Origin: Azolla caroliniana | Lineage: Eukaryota > Plantae > Polypodiophyta | Direction: 5' to 3' | Assembly (NCBI GenBank): GCA_043228905.1 | Contig: JBHGNT010000022.1 | Location: forward strand, 5,704,001-5,768,000 | DNA length: 64,000 nucleotides | Part shown: positions 46,134-59,740 of the stretch, piece after piece | Layout of the letters: the number at the start of each line of letters is the position of its first letter | How positions within the stretch are numbered: the first letter of the stretch is position 1 | Program-made: the position numbers and the translations under genes | The notes under the pieces: generated by a model | What the model was told of the DNA's origin: nothing | Database searches by the model: none | The model's input: the letters and a program-made list of their open reading frames with translations, nothing else

Positions 46134-48734
46134 TTGAAAACTCATTGACCCATATGGTATGGTTGCACATTTAAAGTACACCTCATCGACCCAAAAAAAA
46201 TGTTACCCATTAGTTAGGAAGAAATACAAGAGGTATCATATGTACAAGGGCCAAGCCTAATATAGAGCTCCATGGCTTCGATTAACTCTAAAAATGTGAG
46301 GCCTAGAGTGATCCATCTATAGTCCAAGGACGATGGGGGGATGTCACATGGGGGGAGTTCTCGGTGGGAAGAGCCATTTCGGTGGGAGATAGCACCACTA
46401 CATATCGCTGCCTTGCAATCACAACATTAGCATTCCAATCAATTTCAAAGTGAACGATGAGTTCGTTTCGCCTTGAATATCTTCTTATGACCCACGAAGG
46501 AAGGTGATGAGGTGATCCCAAAGTTCCATGATTACCTACGTTGGATAGTTGGGCTTCCCTTGGAAGATCCTGCAGCAGAGGTGCTTCAATATCCGCCATC
46601 TTGTTAGACTTGCAAGTATGGCCCACAATGACTTCAACTTTGTTGACTTTGTTTGTGACCAGGATAGTCCGTTGTGAGCCATTGGGTCGTCCTAATAGTT
46701 CCTCACTCCAATTGCATGAAGGGGCCTGATTCGTTGAATTGGGGAAAACATGATTGACGGCCCGTCGTGAGTCATTGGGTCACTACCCATGAGACCTCTC
46801 CATAACCTCTACTGCGAGCTAGTATCCATAACTTCTCTTCCATATTTCTTGTGCATGTACGCAACGGAGATGATTCAATCGCTTCACCACACAAGCGGAA
46901 AGTTGGGTCTAAACCACATTTGTTGTTCTATTCCCTAGTTGAAAGGGCACGATGAGCAACCAAAAAAATGACTTCAATTTTTTAAGGAGATCAGTAATCC
47001 ATAATTTCTCTCAAAACATGTGCAAGAAGTCAAGTACGATGTGTGACAACTTTTGGAGTATAACAAAATCTGTACTCTAAGAATATATATGGGGATAAAC
47101 TTACAATTTGATTGCGATCATTAACTTTCTCTAACGTGTCGTGGTGTCAAATAATGTGAGAAAACTCGCCAAAACTAAGAAACGTAGCCTCAAATCTAAT
47201 CAAATATTGTATGAAACAATGAGCACTATCCTCCGTTCAAATATTGCAAAAGTTACAATTGCATGTTGTTCATGTGCATTTCTCTAGTGTCAATTCCAAA
47301 GGTAAACCCCCAATCAATACTCTCTAAATGGACACTTTGGGGAATTTAAAATACCAACCACATTTCAAGCTATGCCAACATCCATAATCAAAGTTACATC
47401 ATTTTCATTTTTGTCCAGTCTTAGATGAAATCCACTGAAGAAACTAAATGAAGCAATAGTACAAGAGATTAATACTCATTTGTAAAACTTTAGTCTTACC
47501 ACTTGCCATGAAACAAGCAAGTGTTAAGCACATGAAGAACAAGGAACTTTAAGTTCGTATTTCCTTAAGTATTTAAACCAAGATATCTTAATCGTTGTCC
47601 TCCCATGTGTCACACCCTCAACAAAATATTGAACCATAGATATCCATGGTTGTAAGTGTGACACATTTCTTGCAATAACAATAATCCGTGAGCCGCCACA
47701 TGCATAGGTAAGTCCAATATTGCACCTCACCCCATGCGATTCGGTGTTGATAAATGGTTCTCAAGTAGTTGGCATGATGATTGACATCATACCATCAAAG
47801 TCATAAAATTGAGAGAACCCAAGCTCAAAAATCACAATCAATCTCTCGTGGACATTATATGTATGTGTGTGTGTGTGTGTACATACTTTCAAAATACTTT
47901 TTCCTTGATAGATCAATTTCCTTAGTTCGTTGCATATCAAGGAGAAAGTTCAACAAAGAAATATGACTTTGAATTACTTATCAACTCATCAATAGGTGGT
48001 GGTTATCCTTAACAAGAATTATGACTTAGTTAGGCCATAACTCATGAATAGGTGGTTGATAACCTTACAAAATAACTTGCCCTAGTAATGTTGGAGCTGA
48101 AATCCTAACTTTGAACAGACAATACATGTTCCAAGATTGAGAGAAGCGTTGACATTCTCCTAGACCTATTCCACATTCCCAAGGTGGGCTAGTCATTGTG
48201 CGCACATTGCATAATCATGGAAGACTAATTTCTTTTCCAATCATGGAAGAATAATTTCTTTTCCTACTAACCTGACTAATGAACTTCTTCTTGATGCATT
48301 CTCTCTCAAGCCTTGTACAATTGTGTTTTGGTGTTCTACCTACAACAATGCTCCTATAAATTAAATAGGGCCACTTTTATTGGATCATTAGCTTTTCAAA
48401 TTCATTCAGCAAATGTTGCTAAGCCCCGGGTGCATTATGCTGACCAAATATTCTAAGACCTATCACTAGTAAGTTGCTATTTTGCCCAATGGCACACCTA
48501 GGTTTGGCATTTTGTTACCATATAAATCCTAAAAACTGAAAATCACATATTGCACAGACCCATGTACAATGTTTGTCTTCCACTAATTCATGTTATCTAC
48601 ATTGTTGGCATGGCTGGACTTATCTAGAATGCATTCATCTTTGTTTCACATTCTAGAGTGCACAACTATATCAGCTATTTGAGAGATCTTCATTCACAAT
48701 TCAACATCATAGCCTACTGTGGAGCTATTACCAA

Positions 48735-49132
48735 CAATGATTTGGCTTCTTGCCATGCAATCGCATCTCTAGTGTTTTTCGTCAAGACATGAATTAGTTG
48801 TGTAAGCATACAACATAGTAATACCATTGCCATTGCCCATTAGAAACGAAAAGAAACCATGAAATTACAGGTTCGTCACTACTTTCAATATTTATTTCAA
48901 ATGGCAACTTACTCCCATACCTTACACGGATCTTATTACCATGGATGGTTTGGTTTCTTGCTATGCAATCGAACCTGTGATTTCTTGGTCAAGTCATGAA
49001 TTAGTTGTCATAAGCATGCAGCATAGTGGTTAAATATCATTGCCCATTACAAAGAAAACAAGGGAACATAAAAATTCCATTACAGATAACTCAATAATTT
49101 CTACAATTCATTTTAAATAGCAACTTACTCCC
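48735..49132. repeat. Diverged tandem duplication, ~208-bp period
   Basis: TTCTTGC(C/T)ATGCAATCG...CATGAATTAGTTGT...GCAACTTACTCCC occurs twice. Confidence 0.7.
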
Positions 49133-49847
49133 CAAAAAAAGAACTTGAAAGTTATGTCTGCTATAAGGGTTAATCACGTAACATGCACAAACAATGAACA
49201 AGATTCCAATTATTGCTAGAATCAATTCAGATCCTTTGGATCCAATCTAACCAACCTCAGTTAAGCCCACTCTACATAGGCCTTTTAAGGATATTTACAA
49301 ATATACATACAGTAATATTTGCAGCCATGAGTTGAGTACGAGTGTATTTTACATATATATATATATATGTATATACTATACCTCGTTTCTCATGTTTCAG
49401 AACATGTTCCAGATAGTGTGCAAATATTGTAGTTCAAAGATAGTCATAGATTGTAATATGGCACAGTTCTTTTTTGTAAAGGTCTCGCTTCGTGTATTCT
49501 ATGAACACGGGCAGCAGCATCAAAATATTAAACAAATTCCGCTATGGAACAACGGAGCATTTCAGCAATCTGTTTATTTACATAAAAACAATGCCACATG
49601 GTACCTCAGCATCAGAAGATTTATCTAAGTAAAAACAATAATCGAAAACTTTATTTTGAAATAGAAACATTAATATACCGTTGTCAGCTTTTTGCACATT
49701 TATCATAGTCCTTGTAGTTGATAGAATTACACGAATACCCTTCATTTTTGTAAAATTAACAGAATACCAAGACGTCCTTGTAGTTTTGATCACTTACTTC
49801 AGCAGTTCATATATGATGATTTTTTTTGGGTAGTTTAGTTAGCATTC

Positions 49848-50075
49848 AGTTCAGATTAATCAGTTCTCATCCAATTCATATTAATCAGTTTGTATCCAAT
49901 TCTGATTAATTAGCAAGTCATATATAAGCTGGTTAATCCGTTAGCCTCTTACTAGCTATCATTCTAGTTTAATTTAGTTAGAATCCAATTCAGATTAATC
50001 AGTTCTCATCCAATTCAGATTAATTAGCAAGTGATATATAAGATGGTTAGTTAATTAGCCTCTTACTAGCTATTC
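49848..50075. repeat. Tandem duplication built from ATCCAATTCAGATTAAT subunits
   Basis: TTCAGATTAATCAGTTCTCATCCAATTC...TTAGCCTCTTACTAGCTAT occurs twice. Confidence 0.7.
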
Positions 50076-50374
50076 ATAGGCTCATTGAGTTGGTGGCTAA
50101 CTTTACTTAGTTTGCATGGGTCTTTGAATTGATAAAGCAGTAAATCGCTAACTTTTAAGAAATTTTGTTGATAAATTAATTAACAGGTTAATAGAGGCAA
50201 CTGCCAAGGAAAGAATTTTCAAATCAGATGAAAATCAATCATTGATTTAAGCCTAATTAATGATGCACATTGCAAATAGCTGAGTGGTATCCAGGTAAAT
50301 CGGTAAAATCTTAGGGGTATTATCGGTTCTGTTCCAATTTCTTTTATTCATTGAGAAAAGCGATAAAATCATAC

Positions 50375-50945
50375 CTTCGGCAAAAGGAAACATGGCACCC
50401 TCCCACCCATCCTCTCCTTCAATCGCACCATCCCAACCATCTTCTCCATGTTCTTCACTCTTGCTATTACCATCATTGCTTTCAACCTCCTCTGTCGGGA
50501 CATCATATTCATGCAAACCGAAACTATCCACTTGATCTAGAACATTGTCATTGGACAGAATCTTATCCAAACCTGATGACCCATATGCATGCGAGCCAGC
50601 CCCATCCTGTGGACTACCAAGTGTGATGATATTCATCTCAGGATGCTTTGTTAGGAACTTATCACACACATTGATATGTCCGTTAGTGGAAGCAAAAGAG
50701 GTGCCATTTTCCATTACAAGGGTCATAGCACTCCTTTTCACATTAGAAAACACTACATCTTCTATTTTGTGGTGTTGTTCAATCTCTCCAGAAAGGCTTG
50801 CTTCAGTATTCACTCCTCCCCGCATTGCATTAATGCCTGCAAAATATGCACCTTGCAATGTCCTGGTGGCCTCTCCATGACCTGGACTCCGAAGGAAACT
50901 TGGGATCAGATGTACCGGAGAATCTGTGAAAATAGTTGTTTTCAT
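50375..50945 (-). CDS. ATG18: ATG18f/g/h-like gene, last large coding exon
   Basis: Ends DGWEGAMFPFAE(G) then donor GTATGA, resembling the acidic C-terminal F-x-F-x-E-G of this subgroup; acceptor is either TAG|50945 or TTTTCACAG|~50923. Confidence 0.7.
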
Positions 50946-51006
50946 CTAGCAAACATACTAAAATCCAATATCTATATTATAAACATTCCTAACCAAACAA
51001 ATTTAC

Positions 51007-51202
51007 TTTTGCACCTTGGTAAGGTTGATGAGCAGCCACATTAGATGAGCTATATACACTTCCATCAGAGACACAACTACCTCCACTGCGAGACTGCTGG
51101 ATCGGTAACACTCCAATATCTACACCCATGATTCCATTTGGTATGCTGGAATAAAGGACTCGTGATGGAAGGTCATCTTTTGAGCACATGAGGCTATTGT
51201 CT
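51007..51202 (-). CDS. ATG18: ATG18f/g/h-like gene, exon
   Basis: Acceptor TTCAG; phase 2 joins correctly (R-DNSLMCSK...); donor position uncertain by ~10 nt. Confidence 0.65.
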
Positions 51203-51278
51203 CTGAACAAATGTAAGCATTAAATGGATAATGAAGAAAAATAACTTTTTGACCTATATCAGATTTATGTCTTATCAC

Positions 51279-51442
51279 CTTGGGTCCTCTCCAAATTGGT
51301 ATTCCTTGAACCTATCGAAAACAGGCACCAAATCCCGATTCCTCACTTTTACTACTCGAGTATTGAACTTTTCGATTTCAACCTCTCCACCAGCACTCTC
51401 TGCCCCATCTGTACCAGTATCTATAAAAACTTGAAAACACAC
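51279..51442 (-). CDS. ATG18: ATG18f/g/h-like gene, exon
   Basis: CAG|VCFQV...GGEVEIEKFNTRVVKVRNRDLVPVFD|GT, a conserved BCAS3-region motif. Confidence 0.85.
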
Positions 51443-51532
51443 CTGTACAATAAATTGTGCATGGAGTGTACGGTAAGAAAATGCCAAGAATCCATGGAGA
51501 CCCTGATAATTTCCAAAATTTAACACATATAC

Positions 51533-52333
51533 CTCAGGTTTTGCCCACACAGGAGGCTTAAAATGGTGCATAGATACTTCAGCATTTGACAAAAACAACT
51601 GGCGCATCTCCGAGGAGATAAAATCCTCACGATCAGAAAATGCTCCATTGTTATAGCACGATCCCACATTAGCACAGCTCGGTACATCATGAGAAACATT
51701 AGTAACAGAGTTATCAATTTTCTCTTCTCGTTCGACCCAATTGAGTCGACGACACACATCCCATTTCTGCAAAGGTTCTACCGTCACTCTCACATCTGTC
51801 GGTGCCTCTATAGATGAGTTTTGAGAAGGAAGAATGTTTTCTGCATAGCCTTCTGTAAGGTGAAGGCCATACCGAATAAGGTGCCCAGATGAAGAAAGCA
51901 CCCAGAGTTGCTCTTTTAAGCCATTATGGTCGTCCCCACCTATCTCAGGCTTGTGACCCCGACCATCATGAAATGTGACAGCTACTGCAGCTGGCCCGAG
52001 GGAAGTACTCATCTTCCCATTCGAGGCAGTGGCAGCAGCTGCTGCCGCAGCATCCATCATTGTACCACACCATCCACTATTCCCATTCTTTATTCTACTA
52101 ATCGCAGATGCATGTACAGTAGGTGGGGGTGCAAAAGAATATGTTTGCTGATTAGATTTTATCAGACCCATGTTTGACCACCATGGTTTATTTGCTCCAA
52201 ATACATGATCAGCTTTTGTGGTTGGCTTTGCTGTGCCCCCAAATGGTGATATAGCAAATAGATGATTTGTACCCCTGGTTGAGCTAACTGCAATCCAGTG
52301 ACTATCTTCACTGAAAGCTATGTCTTGTATAAC
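51533..52333 (-). CDS. ATG18: ATG18f/g/h-like gene, exon (WD40 end and BCAS3 domain)
   Basis: CAG|VIQDIAFSEDSHWIAVSSTRGTNHLFAISPFGG...VEPLQKWDVCRR...FLSNAEV...VWAKPE|GT; 801 nt, in frame. Confidence 0.92.
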
Positions 52334-54276
52334 CTGTCAACAAACAACTTTCAAAAACCTGGGAATTTCATACATGACCTTGAAATGATGGAATGACATA
52401 CATAAGTTTTGGATAAAATTTTACTTACAATATTATTTTATGCATGACACTTTGCTTACCCATTGTTGTGTGTAGAAGAGATTAACATATATACTCTAGA
52501 TTGCATACAAAAATACATTATGCCATTGTTTGGGAATTACAATAATGACACGCTTCTACAGACATAACAAAGATTAAATGATGTGGTTGGATTACAAACA
52601 ATTTCTATGAGTATGTCACGCGCTGAGAGAAACCAGGGGTCTTTTTCGGCCCAAGCATGAAGTTCCATCTCTTGGTATGAGAAAATACCAACTGACCTCA
52701 TGACCAACAGTCAAGGAGTGGGTGTCAATGCATTAGCTGTATGGTGGCAGTTTGTATGACCATGCATAAAAACAACCTTATTTAAACAAACTAAGGTTGT
52801 CAAAGCACTAAGGCCATTGTTGTATCTATATTTGCTGGTTTAACAGCTCGTGAGCTTGTAGTGTCTGTTGTATCATTCCTTCCAAGGGAATCATGTTTGA
52901 ACGCTGTGCTATACATTTTCTTTAGAGCTTCCATTGTATTTATGATGTTGTTTGATCTCATTGTGAACACACTAGGATGTCTCATGCAGTTTAACGTGGT
53001 ATCATAGAACAAGGGGAATTGGGTCCTATCAAATTGCGGTCACGAACACCAATGCTTTTGAAGTTCAAGATCAGCTAGACATTTTGGATCCATCAACTTT
53101 TAGACATTGTGGGCAGAACTGATGCAGAGCCAGTGGAAACTGTAGATCCAAATAAACCAATGGTCTGATTACCAAACATTGCAGATCTGCAAGCAAGTAG
53201 AAGGCGGAATGTGATGCCATGTATGAAATCATTATGATCATAACCCACCTTTCAGTGCCAACGCATTCTCAGCACATGTCCAACATGAGAAAAATGTGGA
53301 ATGAATATGGAATGCAAAATGACACGGATATAAAGGTCGAAGAATTAGTTAGCCACAAAGCAGATATGGAATGGTAGAAAACGGAGATGTTTATCATGCA
53401 GATAAAGTACATGGGACCAGATGGTCATTTCAGGTTGGTGAAGTTTGGAAGGGGGTAGGTGCAGAGATTTATCCATGCACTGCTCTGAAGTTTGATGGCA
53501 TGGTCACAACATTGACAACTCAAGCTAAAAATCGCCCAATTTCGTTTGGAGACATTTTTGGTGTTACTTCAAGAAGAAGATCTGTAGAGGGGGATTCACA
53601 ATCAATAGAATATGAATTTTGTATTGTCAGCTAAGCGGGGTAGAAATAAAGAAAAAAAGATACATTAACGTCTTTTACGAGGTCAAAATGGTATCTCTCT
53701 TTTACGAGGTCAAAAATAAAGCCTTGTTTAAAGAGGCAATGGTATCTCCCTCTGATTTCATAAAATACACAACAATGGCAAACATAGTGTTCTTCGCATT
53801 CCACTCCTTGATGACACAATTGGCAGGTAATCCTGTACATCTGCCTACCTCAATCTATAACTGATGTGATGAAGTTCGCAGATGCCCTATCACACTACGC
53901 AAAGCATAGGATAGATGTATGTCCATATAAGGTGGCCTGATGATGAATCCATCCTCCGTAGTGTGTAAGAAGTGTGTCTTATAGTGGGCCATCTTTGTAC
54001 CAAGTGATATTTTGGGGCTGATCCATGTTATCTTGTTTTCCAAGTATTACTCTACCAAGTTTGGGGGGATTAGCCGTTGTGTGAGGGAAGGCATTTGTGG
54101 CTGCTTTATGCAATGATTTGGACAATCCTCGGGTAAGTTCTTCAAGGGGTGCGAAATATCCAAATCTAGCATGCCATTGCATACACCACCACTATACACA
54201 TCAATTGTCTCGCGAGTAAATAGATACTTAGCCAGCCCACTCTCCTTAGCATATACATCCTTTGTGCATCCATCCT

Positions 54277-55095
54277 TTACCTCGAAGCGTAGATATCATG
54301 ATCTGATGCCAAACCAATAGGTCTACCCGATATAGTGAACACTTTTATTTCAGGTATAAGAGATGGAGTCCCCATTAGATAGTTGACTGTGCTTGCACCC
54401 CCTTTTGGGTTCCAACATGTCAAAGCATCTGATCCAGGCCATTGTGACAAGCCATTATATATCACAAATCCATGCACACTTCCCAAGGCTAGAAAGTGTT
54501 TTCCATATTAAGTTATAACACTCATATCTTGAGCTTGTCGCTTTAGACCAATCTCTTCTGCCATAACTTCTCCATAAACAGCCTCGTTGGTGTTAAACAT
54601 AGTTATTTGTTCATCCTTGGTTCGTGCATTAAAATCTCCTAATAGTATTATGTCCCCCATAGTAGCAAATCTTATGATATCATCATATAGAGGTAGATAT
54701 GGCGATTCACCTAGAGGTGCAAACCTTGAGTAGGCAGGTGGAAAGTAGCAAATTGCAATATATAACTCCCTAAGATCCCCTCTTTTTATTCGTATCCACA
54801 TGCAGCGTGCATCTACATCCTTATGGACAACATGCACTCTATCATGGAGCTCCTTTTTGTATAGCACAGCCACTCCTCCCGAACCTCTAGTGCTTCCCCG
54901 TGTCCGAGGTTGGGGGCGACATATTGACTCCCATCTATATCCTTGTACCTCAGGGAGTTTGCTAGCCGTGCATTGGTGAGTCTCTATATACATAGCAATA
55001 TCTGTGTTTTTCAATGTATCTTCAAAATATCCGACATCTGTCCATAGAGAGCCGTTGTAATTCCATATGATCATGCATAGGGTCTCATAGGCCAT
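54277..55095 (-). pseudogene. LINE ORF2 AP endonuclease domain
   Basis: IWNYNG, ETH, GGVAV, CYFPP, LLGDFNA, STVNY, SDH; stop at 54508. Confidence 0.88.
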
Positions 55096-55101
55096 ATATC
55101 A

Positions 55102-56163
55102 TCATGCGGTTCTCTTCTCTGTAATAATGACCTTGCCATCTCTATATAGGGTCCATTTTCCTTCCTTTCTTGCATCAAGCACTCGTGGCATGTTTTCTTT
55201 GCAATGTGCTACTTGGGCTAGAGTGAGATCGTTATCTAAGTATATTTTTTCACCCTTGAGTGCCTTTCTTTTAGAGAGGAAAGCTTTTTTCTTGTCAATA
55301 TCCATGAAGCGGATTATAAGGGCTTTAGCTCTAGACTCATCTCTTCCCACCCTCCATGTTGAAGCAAATGGAATATCTGATGCTCCAATCTGTGTTCCGA
55401 GATTCTTGGCATCTTCTTGTGGACTTTCCTTTTCGGCCCAACCAACCACTCGTACATGCAACACACGAGCTTTCCTCTTGGCTTCTTCTTCTAATGTATC
55501 ATTCATCATTGCCATCCTATCCATGGATGTTCCTTTTTGTTTTTTCACTACCTCTATCCAAGGAGCATTTGCTTTAATTTCGTTTTGGGCGTGCTCAGCT
55601 TGAGCTTTGGCATCTTTGGCCATGTCTGCCCATGTTTGCATTTCCTTAGTGGCATTGGCTTTCCCTATAGAGATGCATCTTTCCACTGCTTCTTGCCCTT
55701 TTTCTAAATCCACTTTTATATCTCCTAACTCAACCTTACTTGAGGATATTTCATCCTTAAGGTATTGTGTCATGTCATCCTTGAGCTCTAAGTGTGATTT
55801 CTTCACATGGCTTATTATGTCTTTTCGCATCTCTTCTAATAACTCAGTCTTGAGAGAGGCATACAACTCTGTTTTCGGTTTCTCTATCTCCTTTTTCATT
55901 TCTTCTTTTAGTGTTATTTTGATATCCTATCTAATAAGATTGATCTTTTGCACAATCAAATGGCGTAATAGATCATGTTTCCCATTTTCGACATCAAATG
56001 GAATGTCAAATGGGGCCCGCGTTCTGGATGCCTTGTGCTCCCTTCTAACACTATTTGGTGTGCTTCCATCCCGTCCTTTTCGTCTATCGTATCTTCTTGG
56101 GGTCTTCCATGGATTTGGACCCTCGTCGTGCATGTTAGATCCATCTTTTAATTTTCTGTCCAT
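55102..56163 (-). pseudogene. LINE ORF1 (coiled coil plus RRM-like/CTD), one in-frame stop
   Basis: ORFs 55927-56163 and 55102-55899 share a frame; WRVGR...LIIRF...KGEKIYLDNDLT; ends 6 nt before the ORF2 ATG. Confidence 0.75.
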
Positions 56164-56574
56164 TCAGACTCCATGGTGTCTTAGGACAGCCGATACAGGG
56201 CATGAAATGCTGAGGGCAGAGGGAACAATATAAATTCCAGGAATTTCTACTGGGCAGAAAACACAGAGGAACAGATTTGGAATAAAATGCAAGGAATCAG
56301 ATTTGGCAGAAAACGCAGACGATCAGGCATTGTAGAAAACGCAGAGGACAGAAATTGCAGAAAATGCAAACAGACATTGACATTGCAGAAAACACAGAGG
56401 ATTAGAAAGATATATTAACGTCTTTTAAGAGGCCAAAATGGCCTATAAGACCAAACAAGAGATTACATCTTAAGTGTTGTCTCGTATTTGAGAACAAATC
56501 AAAATAAAATAAATTACACAGTACATATAAAAGTAACTAAGATGAGAAGAAATGAGGGAATCTGGTTTTTGGCA

Positions 56575-58605
56575 CATGTGAGATTCTCAAGTTAGATATA
56601 TTGTAGCTTTTGTCTTCGAAAGATCTCTATCATAGGTCAATTCTCAAGTCAGAGAAAACACATAGGAGAGGGAGGAGATACACATAGGTCTATTTTAAGA
56701 GGCAAAAGTATATTGTTTTATTAGAATGTCATTTTAGAGCATGGGCACTGGAGGCAGATCACTAGCCAAACGACCCATATATTTCCTAGAAACGAAACTC
56801 TTAAGAGCGCTATAATCTGAATAGGCCATTAAAATGTGAAAATGGAGTTCTTGAACCTTTATACCCAATAACCTCCCAATTTAAGGCCCAAGGAGGATCC
56901 TTTCAGTTATGTAACTCCCACTAGCTCAAGACAATGTTGATTTTGTGCCTTTGAGAGGCACTTCGTGAGAGCGTCTATAGGATTCTCTATAATATTGCAA
57001 TGAGATGCATCCATCTATAACTTCCCTGATGAAGTAATATCAGCACATCAATGTGCTTAATGCACACCACCAATAATATGGCTTCTTTGGAAGCCTCAGT
57101 CACTGACATATATTCAGGCTCAATCATAGGTAATGTAACAATCTTCTGCAATCAGAACACCATGAAACTGCACCACTTGCAAGTCTAAAGATATATTCAC
57201 ATCACCTAAGATTTCAGAGTCACAGAATCCATGTAACTCCGATGGTTCCTTTCTATAACATAAGACAATTTACTATTTTCAACACAAATATCTCATAATT
57301 GACTTGATGGCTTCCAAATATAACTTGCCAAGATTAGCCATGAGCCTGTTAATTCCCACTATATATTCAATGTCTGATCTTGTAGAAACCACAGCATACA
57401 TCAAGGAACCATAACCTAAGCATATGGTACAGACTTTAATTTAACTGCTTAATTTGACATACGGCTGCAAAGGTACTTTCCATGTTGAGCCCTTCAAACA
57501 CACTTTCAATGTACTTTTCTTGAGATACATAAAGCAGCCGCTGCTACCTATCCTTCATCATCCTTATACAATACAATATGTCCATCTTATCAACAAACAA
57601 TAGACTCTTTTCAATGCCAAGAACATATTTGACAATATACAATACAAGTTCTTGGCCATCATTAAGAGCCAAATGTGTAGTAGCCAAATAGATCTTTTCT
57701 GCATCAAGAGTGGAAAAATGTTTCAGACAGGAGTCACATCGAATGAGGCCTTTGACTATATAATTCAAGTTTGATTCATTGATGCATCATTAACAATAAG
57801 TGATGCATCAATAATGTCACATTTAATTATTTGCTTATCTTGGCCATGAAGTGTGAAAGAATCATCCAAAAATAATGTGGCACAAAGAAATTACTCTGCA
57901 TCAAATAGCTCTTCAATGACCATATTAGGAACCAATTTACCCTTCTATTTTCCCTTACAGCAATTTGTATCCTCATAATTAGTCTATTTTGCATCCTTCT
58001 TGTCATTGCATTCTTTGTACATTCAAGTTCTTTCTTAAAGTACCTGGAATCAAGCTTCTTGTGGCGTTTTCTACCACAATGGTACCATTCTATCAAAGTT
58101 TTCCTGCACTAGAATACCTACAAACAGCAGGCATTTATGAGATTCCTCTTATTGGACATAATCTCGGGATGAAACTTCTCCAAGAAGCATGAAGAGGAGA
58201 ACTGAATCAGCAGCAGCACTCTTTTGTTTGCAGCAATTTTGTAGCAAGAATTATAAGTTTTTTCAGATACCAAATGAAAAGAGGAGCCCAAAAGGTTCAT
58301 TTGGTACCACTTGCGTGTAATGGTGTACTGGTTGCAGGAGTTACAGTAGAGAGAAAATGACTTAGGTGTAGAGAAAACACAAAAGGAGAGGGAGGCAATA
58401 AACGTATGTTTTGGGAGCTGCCTAATAATCTGTTTTAAGGGGCAAATATATATTGTTTTGTTAGAATGTGATTTTGTGGCACTTGAACCAGTTTGCAGTC
58501 GCCAAGTGACCTAAATATGTCCTAGAAGCTCTTAAGAGAACTATAGTGTGAAATATGCCTTTATTAATGTACAAATGGAGAGTTCTTGAACTTATATACC
58601 CAACA
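56575..58605 (-). mobile_element. Old, heavily deleted Copia-derived LTR element
   Basis: Diverged direct repeats ~56650-56870 and ~58370-58605; decayed PBS TGGTACCA ~58305; RT/RNase H remnants (TRSDI, GFCDS, HIDV) ~57030-57420. Confidence 0.65.
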
Positions 58606-58669
58606 TTCAGTGGGAGTAAAGGACGGGGAGAAGTAAAGATCTAAAGGGATTAACAGCGGATAAAGGTGG

Positions 58670-58779
58670 CACTTGCACCCATTTCGAGTACTCATTGCAA
58701 ATGAGAAGGTGACATTGGAGTATCACTTGCAGCCATTTCAAGTACTCATTGCAAATGAGAAGGTGACATTGGAGTATCA
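58670..58779. repeat. ~54-bp tandem duplication
   Basis: CACTTGCA.CCATTTC.AGTACTCATTGCAAATGAGAAGGTGACATTGGAGTAT occurs twice. Confidence 0.8.
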
Positions 58780-59740
58780 GTCATCAGTGGACAATTGTGT
58801 AGATCTCTTCTAAAAGACCCTGGGATATCAGCAAATAAAAATGTTACTACAGAGCATCTGGGCAGAAAGGTACTCAAAGAATGCAAGAGTTCACAGAATC
58901 TGAAGATGAAGCAAGAGACCAATGTTATTCAGATTAAGTGCTTGAAGAGAATGCTTGATGTGAACAAGCACTTGCGTGAACATTAAAGCTTTTTCTATTG
59001 AAGCATGATCCATCCAACTATACATAATTTTCCACTTCTAATTTGATGCTGCTACACTGTTTTGTAGATTTTGGATTTTTGGTCCTTTATCAGTAATTTG
59101 AAAGGGACTTTTCTTAATCTCAGAAATTCAGTCCTTCAAAAATGTTACTCGTTTTGTGTATGTCATGTATGTGCACAATTATTATACAGTAAAAACTGCA
59201 ATCTAGGACTAGATTCCTAATGATACAAAAATCAACCAGCTGTAAAGGTTTAACCATATAACCATTCAAACCACATTTAGAGACTTTATAAATCTACTTC
59301 AGTCATTGATTTTTTGGTGAGTTCAAAGGTCATGAATCTCAAAACTGTTTGGTTCGTATTTGGACGATAAAAAAAGGAAGACGTTAACCTCAAGAGCTTC
59401 TCAGAATCATTTACACATGGACTGCCTAGCTGATTTTCTAGTACAGTAAAGTTGTGTTGAATTAAAATTACACAAAGTAAGTTAAATAACCAAACAAAAA
59501 TTATCAAATTTTCAGAAAACGCCAGATAAACAATATAATTGTGATATTTGTTACTAGCTATAAAAAGTTTTAAATTGCCTGCACAATGACAAATATGCAA
59601 GCTTAAAATCTTTGTTTTTTATTCTCTTAGCATATAGTTAAGCCCATCATTACTAACAGGAAAGTTTGAAACCAGCTGTGACCAACATAATACAAACAGT
59701 GATGCATAAACCTTATCAACTCTGAAGTAGAGAATCATAC

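Larger units (their letters stand above)
53692..56405 (-). mobile_element. Non-LTR retrotransposon (LINE, RTE-X-like) lacking the RT domain, in the ATG18 intron
   Basis: ORF1, APE endonuclease and C-terminal LRTSSHQL..EVGR..CQLC..EEHYVCHC; flanked by a 36-bp direct repeat (53656-53691, 56406-56441). Confidence 0.8.

Noticed and set aside
52600-53650. Short ORFs in the ATG18 intron as extra exons
   Set aside because: The flanking exons already join in frame (MTNA|VIQD) and these ORFs show no recognisable homology.
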